Shown here: positions 1-12,910 of the stretch, piece after piece
Numbering within the stretch: the first letter of the stretch is position 1
Layout: every line of letters starts with the position of its first letter
From: Acanthaster planci
Lineage: Eukaryota
DNA length: 53,281 bases
Direction: 5' to 3'
NCBI RefSeq assembly: GCF_001949145.1
Contig: NW_019091359.1
Location: 3,777,159 to 3,830,439, forward strand
Program-made: the position numbers and the translations under genes
Notes under the pieces: model-generated
What the model was told of the DNA's origin: nothing
Databases searched by the model: none
The model's input: only the letters and a program-made list of their open reading frames with translations

Positions 1-179
1 CAATGAATCTATACCACGATGCAGTTTGTATCAGTGTTAAACATCTATTATAAAATAGAGCCATTCTGTTAAATCAGCTGAATGTGACTCCACTTACGTC
101 ACTTAATTTCTGCAATTTCTATCATTTTTGTTCCCAGGGCCATAACTAAAGTACGTGTAATACCTATATATTTTTAATA

Positions 180-382
180 TTATGGCTTTTTAAATTGTTC
201 TCCTTTTTGAGTAATACTAAATGCATTTTAGTCCTTGGAAGTCTGAAAACTACTTCACCAACCACTTTAATTTTTTTTTGCTCACCACAAAAAGTGGGGA
301 GGGGATGATTAGCCCTTTCCCCAAAAAGTATGTGTGTGTGGGGGGGGGATTTATACTCCATTTCCCCGGATTTACGCCCATG
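180..382. mobile_element. Partial (3' part) copy of a MITE-like repeat
   Basis: Aligns by eye to 741-938 (ttatggctttt..aaattg...gtgtgtgggg...ccccgg(g)att[ta]acgcccatg) and ends in the same terminus. Confidence 0.55.
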
Positions 383-560
383 AATTTCCTTCAGAATTAG
401 GGGTCGGGTTTTTGGGGACAATAATGCAACATAAGCTAAACTGGTTAAACTATATTGAATGGCAAGTTGATTTTGAGGAATAAGCATCGACGACAAATAA
501 TACATTGAAGGGATATTTCTAAGCCACACACTGTAGCAAAATGCCCTTATCCAGTGCATG

Positions 561-938
561 CAGTGGCGTAAATCTGTGTTGGAAATTGGGGGGGTGGGGA
601 AAGGTGGGGGGATGACTTGCCCGGCCATGGAAATTTGAAGGGGGGACCATATACACTCTATAGAGGGCGATGTTCATGATAAAGATGTACATCGGTGTTG
701 TATATCAAATTCATGTAGAATCTTACATCAGAATGACATATTTATGGCTTTTTAAAATTGCCTTCCTCTTTTTAGTGACATTGCAAACATTTCAGTCTTT
801 AAATTCTTCACAATAAGCATTAATTTTTTTGCTCATGAAAAAACGTGTGCGTGTGTGGGGGAGGGATGATTCGATAGCCCATCCCCAGCCCAAAGAGTGG
901 AGGATGTATAACCAATCCCCCCGGGATTAACGCCCATG
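561..938. mobile_element. MITE-like element with short imperfect TIRs (CAGTGGCGTAAATC ... GATTAACGCCCATG)
   Basis: Inverted termini with G-rich and C-rich subterminal runs; diverged second copy at 180-382; no clear TSD. Confidence 0.55.
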
Positions 939-3170
939 CCCTCATCGTTGGGAATGTGTACATGAAACACAATCTAGTGGCTTAATCAAAACTTTAAATC
1001 AATGCGGAAACTTGTTAGAAGGTCGGGAAGGGTTAGGGCGATACTCATAATTCTATTTAGAACATTTGCAAGTGACCTTCTAGCTGACTAAACTAGAAAT
1101 AAGAGTGACATTTCCTGCTTGAAAAGGAGGTTTCTACTGGAACCGTGAGCAGTCAAGGAGCCATTGCTGTTTATTAGATTGAGACTGGAAATGTTTTAGT
1201 TCGCATTGGGTCGTGGGAAAGGACTTAAACTGGGACTTGAAATCAACCTTTGGCTCCGATCGTTCAAATACAATGCCTTGAGTGGGTCCTCTTGAAAGCT
1301 TTTTGGCACTCTTCGTGTTTCTATAAATTTCAAGTATTCAAGAACCCATTATTTCTTATCAGACCTTAGAAATGCAGTTTATAAACTATTAGAAATCATT
1401 TCCAGTAAATGACGTCAGTTGATTGGCACAAATCACTTAATCGCTTTCTCGAGTGACATCTTCAAGTGTTTGTCAGAAGAAATGCATTATCGGATTATGG
1501 TGTACATGTAGTACCACAATGCAGGTTTGCAACGCGTGCAATTCGTGGGAATAAACCTTCCCTTAACTCTAATCGTGAAGAAATAACGTAAATTGAATTA
1601 AATTTAGTTTGCAAAAGCTCTTTAAAATTTCAAATAATAGACACATTAACATTTGACATCGCTTGTTTGTGATTGGGGGAGGTTTTTTTTCTTTCTTTTC
1701 TTGTGGATTTTAAACAAGAGAGAATCGACCTCGTCAAAACGGTGTATTCAGTGATGATTACATCACTTTGAAGAGAGGCAGTCTCAAAATACAATTACGT
1801 TCCGGCTAATGGTTGTAATTGTTTGCTGGCAATAGATACTTCGTGGATGCCCACTGTACCTGAACAAAAGTGCGTGGTTGTGGTTGAAAAGGTAGCATGA
1901 GTCGACCTCTGACCCTGTGGTGATGTATGGGGCAGGAGGTTACACAACAATGAGGGTGACAGAAGTCAGGTGAATAAACCTTCTTGGGGTGCCATCCTTC
2001 AGGAAGACGTTGAACTCTCTATAAACACCAATAGAAGATCGACGCAATGATTTCCATATCTTCCATCTCTTGTGGTCCCATGGTTTGAATCTTAACGGAC
2101 ACAAATGCAGGAATGGATGATCAGCGCTTACTTTAAGGGTTGGCTTTTCCAATGAAGGAAGTACCTGGGTTTCACTCAAGCACCGAAGACTATTTCAGTT
2201 CTCATTTCCTCACATTGAAAGCTGAAACCCGTGCGAGAAAGGGATTTTAAAGGCTGGTCATGAAATTCCGGATATAATCACTTCTGGTTTTACCATAGGA
2301 GAACGTTGAACTCTGAACATATAGACATAATCAGAGATCTGTAGGCCTATAGGAAGTCTGGATGCACGCTATGTCCCCCAAAGAGCACCCACAATAGCAA
2401 TAGTTTTTATCATGCTTCATGATCAACGGAAATGCTTTGCTCAACTTAGTCATTTTCCCGTTTTGCATGGCGGGCGAAGTAGATTAAGCGGGAACCTGAG
2501 CCATTTCGGATTGCCAAATATATTGTCCTTGGACTAAAGTTTGATTGTTTCCTACCGATGAAACACTGTGTTCAACAGTGGAGGAGAATTCAGCAGTTCA
2601 AGGTCGGGAAGGATACAGAAAAAGAATCCCACGGGGAAACTTATCATGTACATACACATTCCGTTTGTAAAGTTCACCTCGTGGTCCAGTTATCTCATGC
2701 TGTGTCAATGTCATGTTTTGGCAGAAGGGCTCAGAAGCTACCCTCTCCTTTTCCTACATTAGTTTTTTAAGGTCTACACTTTTACAAATAAAAAACTTGT
2801 AAAAGTACTCGATACATTATTAGATGGGAATGGAGAAACACTAGGTTGTGATAACGGTAGGCCTAAATAAAACAAGAGTAAGGAGAGGAGAAACTCAATT
2901 TGCTAACTCCAAGTTGGCTCCTCTTGAGAGATAAACGGAGGTGAGAAATTCTACATTATTTTGAAGATAACAGAGAAAGAAGTTCAATTAAGTTTAGGAC
3001 AGCTTTTACCAACAGGAAAACATTTGGAATGCATTGCTTTTTGCGTCAAGTTGTGTTGAATTCTTTGGATTATGTGTTTCTTTAAAAAAACGTTTTTGAG
3101 GAGGGGTAAACTTTTCTTCGGAGAGTGTCAAACATTATAGAGTGTTCCCCTTTACATCAGATTTACTCAC

Positions 3171-3618
3171 CATCCAAATCAGCGGCATTAAACGGTTCCT
3201 TGGCGTCTTTTAGCTCTGTCTCTGTTACGGTAGCAAGTTCCACCAGACTCACGCCTCGACTGTGATCCAAGTCGTACGCTCCAAACTGTCTTGGTAAATT
3301 CATCCCTCGGAACTTCAACCTCCACGCTGGTTTATCCCCATCATCCTCACCCCAATCCTCACCATCCTCGTCACCATCATCATCCAAGGGCTTAGTTACG
3401 GAGAGGTTGATCTGTTCGCTAGGCTTTGCTGGAGATGTTGGGCGCGGTTGTATGACCACGGGTCTCCACATGTCAAGAGGGACGCGGACTCGGAGTGCTA
3501 GCGGAGCAGGACTAGCTGGACTGGGCAGGATCAAGACAAGAATCACGGCAAGGGTGACTTGGACGAGACCGCTAGAAAATGTGCCCTCCATCGTTGGAGT
3601 TTTCAAGCTGTTCTGTAT
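3171..3618 (-). CDS. Main exon of a secreted acidic EF-hand-like protein (partial gene; last exon not located)
   Basis: Acceptor ...tttctcattgaacag at 3619-3620 and donor G|gtgagt at 3170. Encodes a hydrophobic signal (LVQVTLAVILVLIL), an acidic tract DDDGDEDGEDWGEDDGD, an EF-loop-like YDLDHSRGVSLVE and the start of a second loop FNAADLDG. In-frame ATG at 3591-3589. Confidence 0.75.
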
Positions 3619-5445
3619 CTGTTCAATGAGAAACATAAATAGTACCCAACGTGTTGATATTTTGACGGTATGGATAATTCAAACTCAGTTGGCATTCTTT
3701 GATAAAAATTCGGGCAGGTCATTAAATCATTGTCGAAAAGGAAACTCTGCAAAATGATTTAATCGCGTCCGAACTTCTTCAATCCTTTACTGTGAAAAAT
3801 AAGCTTCAACTCTGACCATTCACTGACCGACTACAAGCCCATGCATAGTCATACACACCTGAAATGAGATTTTTGATGCTATGTGACAACAGAGTTTCAG
3901 CTTGGTGAGATTGTACACACGCTTATTCGGTGAGCAAGCTGGCAGTGTAACGACCTGGGTTGAAGATGCATCTGTTTTGGTTCAGGATACCAGTTGTGTT
4001 TAAACGAGCATCAAGCTTCATTCACACATCCTTGACAAGTTAATCAGTCATGCGTACGAGTCAGTCACGTCTTCTGCAGTATGTCTTTGATACCGGGGGT
4101 ACTCATGGGTCACTTTCAGGTACGCGATTGGCTGCATGCCTGGCAGTGATACCTGAGCAACAACCAATCACAAATGAGATGTATACACAAAGCGTATTTT
4201 CAGACTGATTACTTGTCCCCAAGGGATATCGTCATTTCCTCTTTGCGTTACCCATAATTCTTAACCGTGGCAGCAAAGAAAACAAATCACTTGATCAACA
4301 TTACTGTCAAATCAAGTGGTCTTGACTGCATAAATTCGAGGAAGACAAGTGGAACATGCTTCGCTGGCTGAATGTTCCCATTCGAACCTACTACAACAGA
4401 CTTCTCAGACTAGAGCAGTACTTCAAAAACATAATACATTACGATGGTGCTGTTCAATATTCTGTGATTATTATGGGACACTTTATAATTTACTCCCTGA
4501 AAGAAGGCTCCCTGCATTTGGTTCAGTCTGTTCGTTCTGTCGGTTCGACCTGTATTTTCAAATTTACAATGCACTCGGAGTTTCAGTTACAACAATGAAG
4601 GGGTTTGAAGACATTATACATGTATTCACAATTTAAGCATCAGTTTTTAATTGCCGGTACTTAAACGTTGTCACACAGGAATTATTATTTTTGCCCCGTT
4701 AAGGGTTTATTACCATTCTCTGGTATTGATGATACATCCTCACACGACAGTATGTTTCCGTTCCCAGTTTAGAATTGATGATACTTCGGAGCAAATACTT
4801 TGACATATCCGTATCGATAATTGCCTCTTGTCATTTCCGGAAAAGACAAGTCCTTCAGGGGTCTTGAAATGATAAACTATGTATTTTATAGGTCGAATAA
4901 AGCGGTTCCCATCATTTCCATATTTGACATCAACGTACGCGTGCATGATTTCTTTATGGGCCGGAATATTTTACACAAGATGATCATGCTAAGACAAAAC
5001 ACATTCTGCAGTTTCGAAGAGTTTTTGACTTCTTGCCGTGGTTCTTGACGTCTTAATTCTCATCGTGCGTTTAAAATGAGCTCCGATTTCCAGGATGAAG
5101 TTTTGCTCCTTCAATTTCTGGTTTCTTCTCAGTGACTATGTCCTCAAAGCGTGGCCTTATATACAGTTTCCTTTATACATTATTGAAAATTTCATTGCAT
5201 GTATGTTAATACCTCAAGGGACATAATTATTTTGAGTCATGTCATTGTGCAATTTAACGAAATAAGCAAGAAAATTAAAAATGCTTGGTTCCTCGGATAT
5301 TGAACGTCTTAAATCTCTCGAAAGCAGGAGACTTTTAAGCCTGATTGATTACAAGCACAGTTATTTTTGCAAGTGTAAGTAAAATTTGATGGAAGTATTA
5401 TTATTCATCAATAGCTTTTTATCAGAACAGGAATTCTATACTCAC

Positions 5446-5448
5446 CAT
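5446..5448 (-). CDS. Possible start-codon exon end (ATG|gtgagt) of the EF-hand-like gene
   Basis: caaATG|gtgagtat; splicing to 3618 is in frame (M-IQNSLKTPTMEG). A further donor (gtaagt) lies near 5700 and a TATA-like element near 5865-5873 on the same strand. Confidence 0.4.
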
Positions 5449-6204
5449 TTGGTGAACATGGTTTTAAGGGATTTCGACTGGATTTATGTGACTCATGACC
5501 CAGCTTACATGCTCTACACATTATTAAGTTTCCTTCCATTTTCAATCATTCAGTTTCCTTAACTCACATTCTTTGATTCTCTCCAAAAGAACTCTCAGCA
5601 TGTGGGTCAAAAGGTCACCGTCCTCAAACAATGGAAGAACGTTCAGGGTTTGATCATCACAGAGATAAGGCGCCATAGCACTGTCAAGCACTCATTACTT
5701 ACAGTTGGATGTGACAGCGGGAACGTGATCTGGTGGGTGACGTGAGGAAGAGGGTACAGAAGACCGCAGTGTTTGGGCTGTTCAGATTTTTGCTGACGGC
5801 TAATTTGTCTAAGGGGACAGTCAACTCAGTGTTAGAAAATGAACTTCTGAGTCCTATAGTCGGGTGTATATAAGCTTTATGTAATGTCTCTAAAAGGAAG
5901 TTATCAAATCGTAAAACCCAACACAAGTAAAGTGCAGCTATTGGCGGGTGCTCGGGTTATAGGCCTATATGAACGAAACCCACGATGCTTGTCAACATTT
6001 TTGCAGATCTGAACATGTTCAAATGCAAGTTTGGAGTAATTCGATTAAAACAAGTTTCTCCGTACAAGCTAATGATGCTTGAAAAGAGAAACAGCTCGAT
6101 TACAAAAACGCGTTGAAGTTCACTAGTCCATCAGTTTTAGCATTCATGACATTCGAAATTACAATATGTACTCTTTTAATAACGGTTTTTGTCCAAGAGC
6201 TTGC

Positions 6205-6303
6205 AAAAAATTCACGAGCCGACTCGCGTGGAACTCAAACCCACGACCTCTTGCTTAGGGGCCTACTAGCGTTGACGTCTTTACCACTCGACCACCGAGC
6301 TGG
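6205..6303 (-). repeat. tRNA-derived SINE head / tRNA pseudogene
   Basis: Minus strand reads agctcggTGGTCGAGTGGtaaagacg...gtcgtgGGTTTGAGTTCCacg...gaatttttt: A box, degenerate B box and T-run; cloverleaf imperfect. Confidence 0.6.
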
Positions 6304-9300
6304 CCGGGGTCGACAAGATGTATTCGAATATGGGTCCCATAATGATAACCAACTGCGCCTGGCAACACTGTTGTAGCGATTCAAAAGGAACTCTTTGGCC
6401 ACGCACATGCGCCGCACGGGCATTTAAATTGCAAACCCGCCATCAGGGATCAGGTCACAATAATATCACGTGCACCGTGTGGTTGATCTCTGTGGCTTAT
6501 GCTGACTTGAGCACAGAGGGTGTCTGCCAGCTATGATGGATTAGAAATGATGGTTCCCTTGGGCTGACGACTGTGTTTTTATTGCTCAATAAAAATGGAG
6601 GTGTCTTAACCCTTGGGCACCATCTATGACATCAAAAGTTCATTTTCAACACCAATGTTGTTCACTGAGTAACGCATCACGCAAATACCTCCCACAGAAA
6701 GATTCTGTAAAAGAACCTGCTGTATATTCGTACTAAATCAGGAGTTTTCTCACAAGGATTACATCTTTTTAAAGAAATTACGTATAAAATTGATAATGGT
6801 CGACTCAACTCTTTTCCTTCTCAGAAACAAATCTCAAACGACAAATGCATAAGATTTTCCAACAGTGGATACTGACAACATAAACATTGACGTCATGCAC
6901 GTATTATATACTTGTTTATAATGGAGGTCTGCTCAATGCAGAGGTACGGCAGACAAGATTTATATTGTTTACGATTTTCCAGACGAAAATGAAAACATTC
7001 AAGCACGGCTGTTCCCGTATAGGAACACGCGTACGGGCGATCTGTCGGCACGACACCCTGCCGGGTGACCCGCGTGTGTGATACGTGGAGTCCATGAACG
7101 CTGGCTGCGGAAGGACACGAAAAGGTCATCACTGTGACAGTGTGCAAGAAATAAAAAAATAAATTTCAGCAACTCCAAATTCATGTATGCAAAAAAAATG
7201 TTTTTATTAACTGTTTAATGAATTGCCTGTTAAGCTGAGTGGTGTGTTGTCAAGCTCGACACTTAGCCTGTGCACCCCCCTTCAGTCTGCAGGCATATCT
7301 GCATTGAAACACAATAACATCTTAGCAGACATACATTCGTAATTTGGGAGGTGTTGTACAAAGTAATGTATTTTTATTTATGATTTATCAATGATTTTTT
7401 TTATTCCCCGGAAAACTTTCCTAGGGAGTGTTCCCACCCCTCCCCAAGTCACTCACTTAAATCGATCCTGACAAACCAAACCGCAAAATCTCGATGATTT
7501 CCGTCATCTTTCAAGTTATCGTGCAAACTGAGCAATAAACCATTTGAAAATCTACGATAATTGCTTGCATGTTCCTTCCACAAAGGAAACCAACTTGGGT
7601 AAAATCAACAGCCATTATACTAACAACCGCTGTCCTGTTGTCCTTCCCGCGGAAAACCGGTTCGAGATGAGTTCCAGAGATTTGATCGACAAACACTGGT
7701 CACCTATCCGTGGTAGATGTACGCATTGTGCAAGATTGATATCATTGTTTACTATAAGAATCCCCGGTAAGTTGAATCATGACTGGTGATATTATTCAAA
7801 CTAAGTTCGAATACGTTGCGCGAGTATCGCTTAAAAGTGTTGATAAACTAAAAAGTCACGTCAGCTCAAGTATACATCTTTCTTTAATGCTATAAAATGA
7901 TGCTCGTCAGAGATGCAATTATCACCCCCCTTCTATATTATTCAACAACATTGAAAAGGCTCATGTTGACTACCTCTATTCTTCTACAAATCCTTTCTGT
8001 TTCTTGGTCAAATTTACTTAGGCCTATATTAACCGTAATATGATTCCTTTCAGTGATCCTGAGCGTTGGTCACTTGGAGACCATACAGTGAGCTTCGAAG
8101 TGCCAACCACAACCGTCCATGCATTCTCACAATTGGTCACGCTCCCGTAAGATTAACATTAAAGTGAGACAGTTATATGAGTCGTATTCATTGATCTTGG
8201 AGAAACATGACTCCATGACTCCATAAACCCTGTAACCTCGCTTGTTTAGGTGACGTTTTATTCTGTAGAACATCTACAAAGCATAGGAATCGTTGCACAT
8301 GCACACATCGGAACACCATCAATATTGAATGATATTGAATGAATCAATCTCTCCAAGTTAATTACAAACTTCATTAATTTGACCTTGGATAAAAAGAGTT
8401 AGTACAGTGGCTTGTTTTGGTACGCCTTATGTCGCACACATCCCATTTGTGGTCGTAAGCCCCTGTAGATGGCCAAAGCAACAAGTGCCGTCAATTTCAA
8501 TTCTCAAAATCTCCCTGACTGTAACCAGTTTTTTTTTTCAAAGCAGGGCGACATGGATGCAAATCATATGCAAAGACGAATAGCTCATTCGCTTACCGTA
8601 TTTCCAGCGGGCCACCAGCTCCTTTCCTTGCAGAACGAAAAAAGAATCTCATTCGCTGGCGGGCGCGCAAATATTCGCCGACAGTGTGGTTCGGGCTTTG
8701 AACCTTGTAAGCGCAAGTGCGCCAGGTTGATGAGATGTGGAACTTGCTATACTACTGATGTGGCACACAAAGACAGACTAAAGACGAATGGGTACATACG
8801 GTCTCACATGATCTTATATCACAAGGCCCCTGACATGTTGTGGATCTATCTTCTTAACAGCCAGGCGGCTGTCACTGGAGTAATGCATATAATTTATTGG
8901 AGAATCGTACTTACTTGACAAGGAAAATTAGGACACCAGATGATACTGAGGGTAACATGCGCTGTCACCCAGAGCGCGATAGTGCGCACGCGCGAATTTC
9001 ATGGCACGAATGCTAACCTCCAGAGTTTCAAGTGGGTCAGGGTATTCTGGCTATTTTAACTGTGTAGTACCTTACACAACGATTATTCAGTACAATCACA
9101 GATACATTGACCTCATTTGAAGTGCTATTCACAATATTGTTTCCAAAACAGAAAAAGGTGCGGAACTCCACTTCTGCCAATTACGCTGGGCATGTGGGGC
9201 ATTCCTCCTTGGGTCTCAGTGTACCCACATACTATGGCATGGTGTTCTATAACCGCCAAATGTGTGTCGCGTCGTCCCGTCGCCCCGACGTCGTGGCGTC

Positions 9301-9344
9301 GCCTCCTTTTGTCATTACTTTTATGCTGCGTATAATGTATTACT

Positions 9345-9750
9345 TGGATGGATTCCTGTGCGAGAGCTCATTAATATTTTATGATCCTACGGGGTTTTAC
9401 AATAAGACATGCCATAATCAGAAGGGATCATAGAAACATTTCTATAAATCCCAAATTTGGGACTGATTGTTTCCACTTCAGGGTATTTTTTTCACAAAAA
9501 GCCCCAAATTGCGACCTATTTTGGATAGAGGCGGGCGGCCATTACATTCAGAGCTGAGTGCAGAGTTTTACTACTTTTTGGGGGTATCTTGGGGGAAAGG
9601 TGAATAAAAACAGTTCACGTGGCTAACCCCCATAAAATTGAAATGATCTTCTGGCCATAATCTTGGATTTCCAGTGAAAAAACGCGGCGCTATTTTGGTC
9701 TGATTTTTCACTGTTTTCTATGGGCATGCGTATATTTGGTGTAGTGCAAC
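9345..9750 (+). repeat. Dispersed repeat family, module A (copy 1)
   Basis: Aligns directly to 14570-14945 and 13570-13692 and inverted to 15725-16120 (shared gacatgccataatcag, cctattttggatagaggcg, tgatcttctggcca). Confidence 0.85.
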
Positions 9751-10899
9751 CATTGATCTCCATCGCCATTGTGTGTGTACAAAATGTGCGGCAGTGGAAT
9801 GGCGGCGCGCTGCGTTTCAGGAGGGTAATGTAATGCATTTAGTCAAAAGTGATTATGGAGAAAAAAAATCTAATGCAAGAGAATCATTTCTCGTCTTAAC
9901 AGCCAATTTTTGTGAAATAACCCACTCGAAACTGATAATAATTAACCTGTTTTTTTCTGTTTGTTGTGTTTGTTTTGTTTTGTTTTTTCTTCATTTTCAC
10001 ACCTCTAGTCTACGGTCTCGCTCGGGCAATGTTGTCACTTTGGGTCATTTCAATCGTAATTTGTTGAGTGTGTAAACATTAAAGTTCCACCAAGACCCGG
10101 TACCACAATAGGTTTTACATTATAATGTGCAAACTGTCCACGTGTTTTTCCGTCTGGTGTCAATGAGTCAACACTGAAAAACTTCATCAAATAAATGAAA
10201 AAAGCTTTAATTTTAATTTTAAAGAATCACGGAAAACACTGTACTGAAATTCATTCATTATACCGAATAAATGTATTGAAAACTGATAACTGTGAGAATC
10301 TTTTCTGTGAGCCCAAAATGAGCAGAACTTTGACTGCAAGCCAAACTAATTAAGTTTGTGCCACTTTCACCACAGTAGTTATAAATCAAATAAAAAAATT
10401 TAGTTCCAAACTTGATTAAAGATTTACATTTAACAACAACTTTCTGAAAAGAAAAAGGTCAGTGTTAACTGAGAACGAATTATTTTATAATTTAGACAAA
10501 GTTTCTTTCTTTGCGTTCATTGAATTTCCTTGCTTGTTACTTTACTCGACGAAAACGTCAGCTCTCTGGCTGTCGCTCTAGTTTCATCTCTGCCCTGAAG
10601 ATGAATATTCCGTCACTCATATCACACTGTCTGTCACACGATTTGGGTTCAGTGCGTCTGCAGATCTCACATACACAAATCATGGCTTTCTTTGAGATTT
10701 TTCCAGTGAAATCTGGGGAAAATAAACGACAAATTAATCAGTCAGTTTTTAAAAGCACTTTTGCCGATAAATAATATTTCAAACAGTCCCAAGTATTATA
10801 GCATAAGGCGTGCAGAAACCTTCTGAATGTGCGAGTCACAATGTCAAAAACTGTTCCTTCTTCCAAACTTGATTTTACCATCGATCTCTGGCAATTCTC

Positions 10900-11350
10900 T
10901 GCTGCGCACACCTCAACCATTATTCTTTCCAAATTTATCCATTCCTAGGGCAGAATTTAGTTTTTCTTCAAAAATTGACGATTGAAGTACAATAACCTCA
11001 ACCAGCAGTTTTGAAATCAAAATTCGGATTCATATAAGAGAAGCTGTCAGGGAGAGCATTTAATATTGACGACCATTGTTTGTGTGAATATGTACTTTTG
11101 CGTTTGCTACGGGATTTTTGTGTTTTTGATTCTTTTATAATATTTGGATGATTTTTGATCTATTTTACTGTCCTTGTTCAGATTAATTCCTGTCAGTTGG
11201 AACCGCAATGGAAATAAGTTGTTTAACTTTTTTGCGTTATCCCTACTATTTTTCCTTTTGGAAATCGTTGAGTTTGCTTTTCTGTAATTTAGTTTTTGTC
11301 ATAACATTTTGTGGAAATAGTGAATAAATCAAATGAACTCAGCTCAACTC
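10900..11350 (+). mobile_element. Degenerate 3' end of a CR1/L2-type LINE
   Basis: Decayed NLSIPRAEF-type tail, 3'UTR gaaataagttgtttaacttttttgcgttatcc, then aataaa plus short repeats (tcaaat/aactc); recognised by pattern only. Confidence 0.45.
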
Positions 11351-12214
11351 ACATCAAATACACTATTTCCCGCTCCGAGCATGCAGGAATAAAAGGGGGC
11401 CGGGCGTGTTTTGAAATGAAATCGACAGTCCTTTAGTACTAACGCACCGCATAGATGGGCAAGTTTACGCGTCTTGAGGGTGCACCCTCGCAAAAAGGCC
11501 CTAAATATGTCCGCCGAGCTCATTCATAAAAGTTATACACTCAAAATATTCTATATTAGAGAGGCCTGAGAGCCACGGAATTGAGGAATTGGAGAAATAT
11601 GTCACTCAACCTCTGGCCCGGACTTTGGGCTTCAAATTCTGAGCAATTTGGATGCAGTCGGGTAAGAAAAATGATGGCACTATTTGGCCGTTTTGTGGAA
11701 GGATGGTTTTCAAAATGGCTGCTTTTCTGGGCAGGGACATTTTCTTCATTTTAGGGGCGGTCTGCGTCTGGTGAACATTTCTCAAAAATTCATTGGTCAG
11801 CCCCCCGAAAATTGCAAGGAAAATGAAAGGGGACATGTTGATCATCGTATTTCTGTGCAGCCCGCACACCTGTGAGAGTTGTGAGTATTTCTAAAATAAT
11901 TGCGAAGTGTGAGGATTTATCATTGCTGTCTATGGGAATTTATTTGTATTGGTGCACCCTTGACGCGGAGCCCACTGAGTACGCGCAATGATTTTAGTCT
12001 ATAATAATTGTGTGGTCTTTGCATGCACGCCGAACGCGTGTTAGAACCCGGTTGGAAAACTTAGTACCCCCGTCTTTCTTCCGCCGGTGAGGGTGCACTT
12101 CGGCTCAGGGCGGATAACGTTTCAATCATTCAGTATTTACGCAGCAACATTCTGTGCAGAAAGTTGAATGACTTTGTTATCTCCTTAATTAACATGAACA
12201 GCGAAAAACAGTAT

Positions 12215-12299
12215 CTCAGAGATGGCCGAGTGGTTAAGCTCGAGGTTATCGGATCGTTAGACGGTGGGTTCGAATCCCAGAAGTGGCTTTTTTTTTTTT
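12215..12299 (+). repeat. tRNA-like segment (Pol III A/B boxes plus T-run) inside the repeat
   Basis: TGGCCGAGTGG 12223-12233, GGTTCGAATCCC 12267-12278, T-run 12288-12299; no convincing acceptor stem. Confidence 0.65.
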
Positions 12300-12310
12300 A
12301 TTTTCCCGAC

Positions 12311-12910
12311 NNNNNNNNNNNNNNNNNNNNNNNNNNNNNNNNNNNNNNNNNNNNNNNNNNNNNNNNNNNNNNNNNNNNNNNNNNNNNNNNNNNNNNNNNN
12401 NNNNNNNNNNNNNNNNNNNNNNNNNNNNNNNNNNNNNNNNNNNNNNNNNNNNNNNNNNNNNNNNNNNNNNNNNNNNNNNNNNNNNNNNNNNNNNNNNNNN
12501 NNNNNNNNNNNNNNNNNNNNNNNNNNNNNNNNNNNNNNNNNNNNNNNNNNNNNNNNNNNNNNNNNNNNNNNNNNNNNNNNNNNNNNNNNNNNNNNNNNNN
12601 NNNNNNNNNNNNNNNNNNNNNNNNNNNNNNNNNNNNNNNNNNNNNNNNNNNNNNNNNNNNNNNNNNNNNNNNNNNNNNNNNNNNNNNNNNNNNNNNNNNN
12701 NNNNNNNNNNNNNNNNNNNNNNNNNNNNNNNNNNNNNNNNNNNNNNNNNNNNNNNNNNNNNNNNNNNNNNNNNNNNNNNNNNNNNNNNNNNNNNNNNNNN
12801 NNNNNNNNNNNNNNNNNNNNNNNNNNNNNNNNNNNNNNNNNNNNNNNNNNNNNNNNNNNNNNNNNNNNNNNNNNNNNNNNNNNNNNNNNNNNNNNNNNNN
12901 NNNNNNNNNN
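12311..12910. other. Assembly gap
   Basis: Run of N. Confidence 1.

Noticed and set aside
164..628. 154-aa minus-strand ORF
   Set aside because: Runs across two MITE-like copies and has no coding features
2730..2753. Candidate terminal exon for the EF-hand gene (G|GKGEGSF*)
   Set aside because: Acceptor lacks a pyrimidine tract and the stop falls before the loop's position-12 Glu
4349..5048. Cluster of short ORFs
   Set aside because: No recognisable motifs or consistent splice sites; likely intronic to the EF-hand gene
8469..8918. 149-aa ATG-initiated ORF
   Set aside because: No recognisable domain or exon signals; probably chance or TE-derived
12215..12290. Functional tRNA-Ser/Leu gene
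   Set aside because: No proper acceptor or anticodon stems; embedded in a repeat
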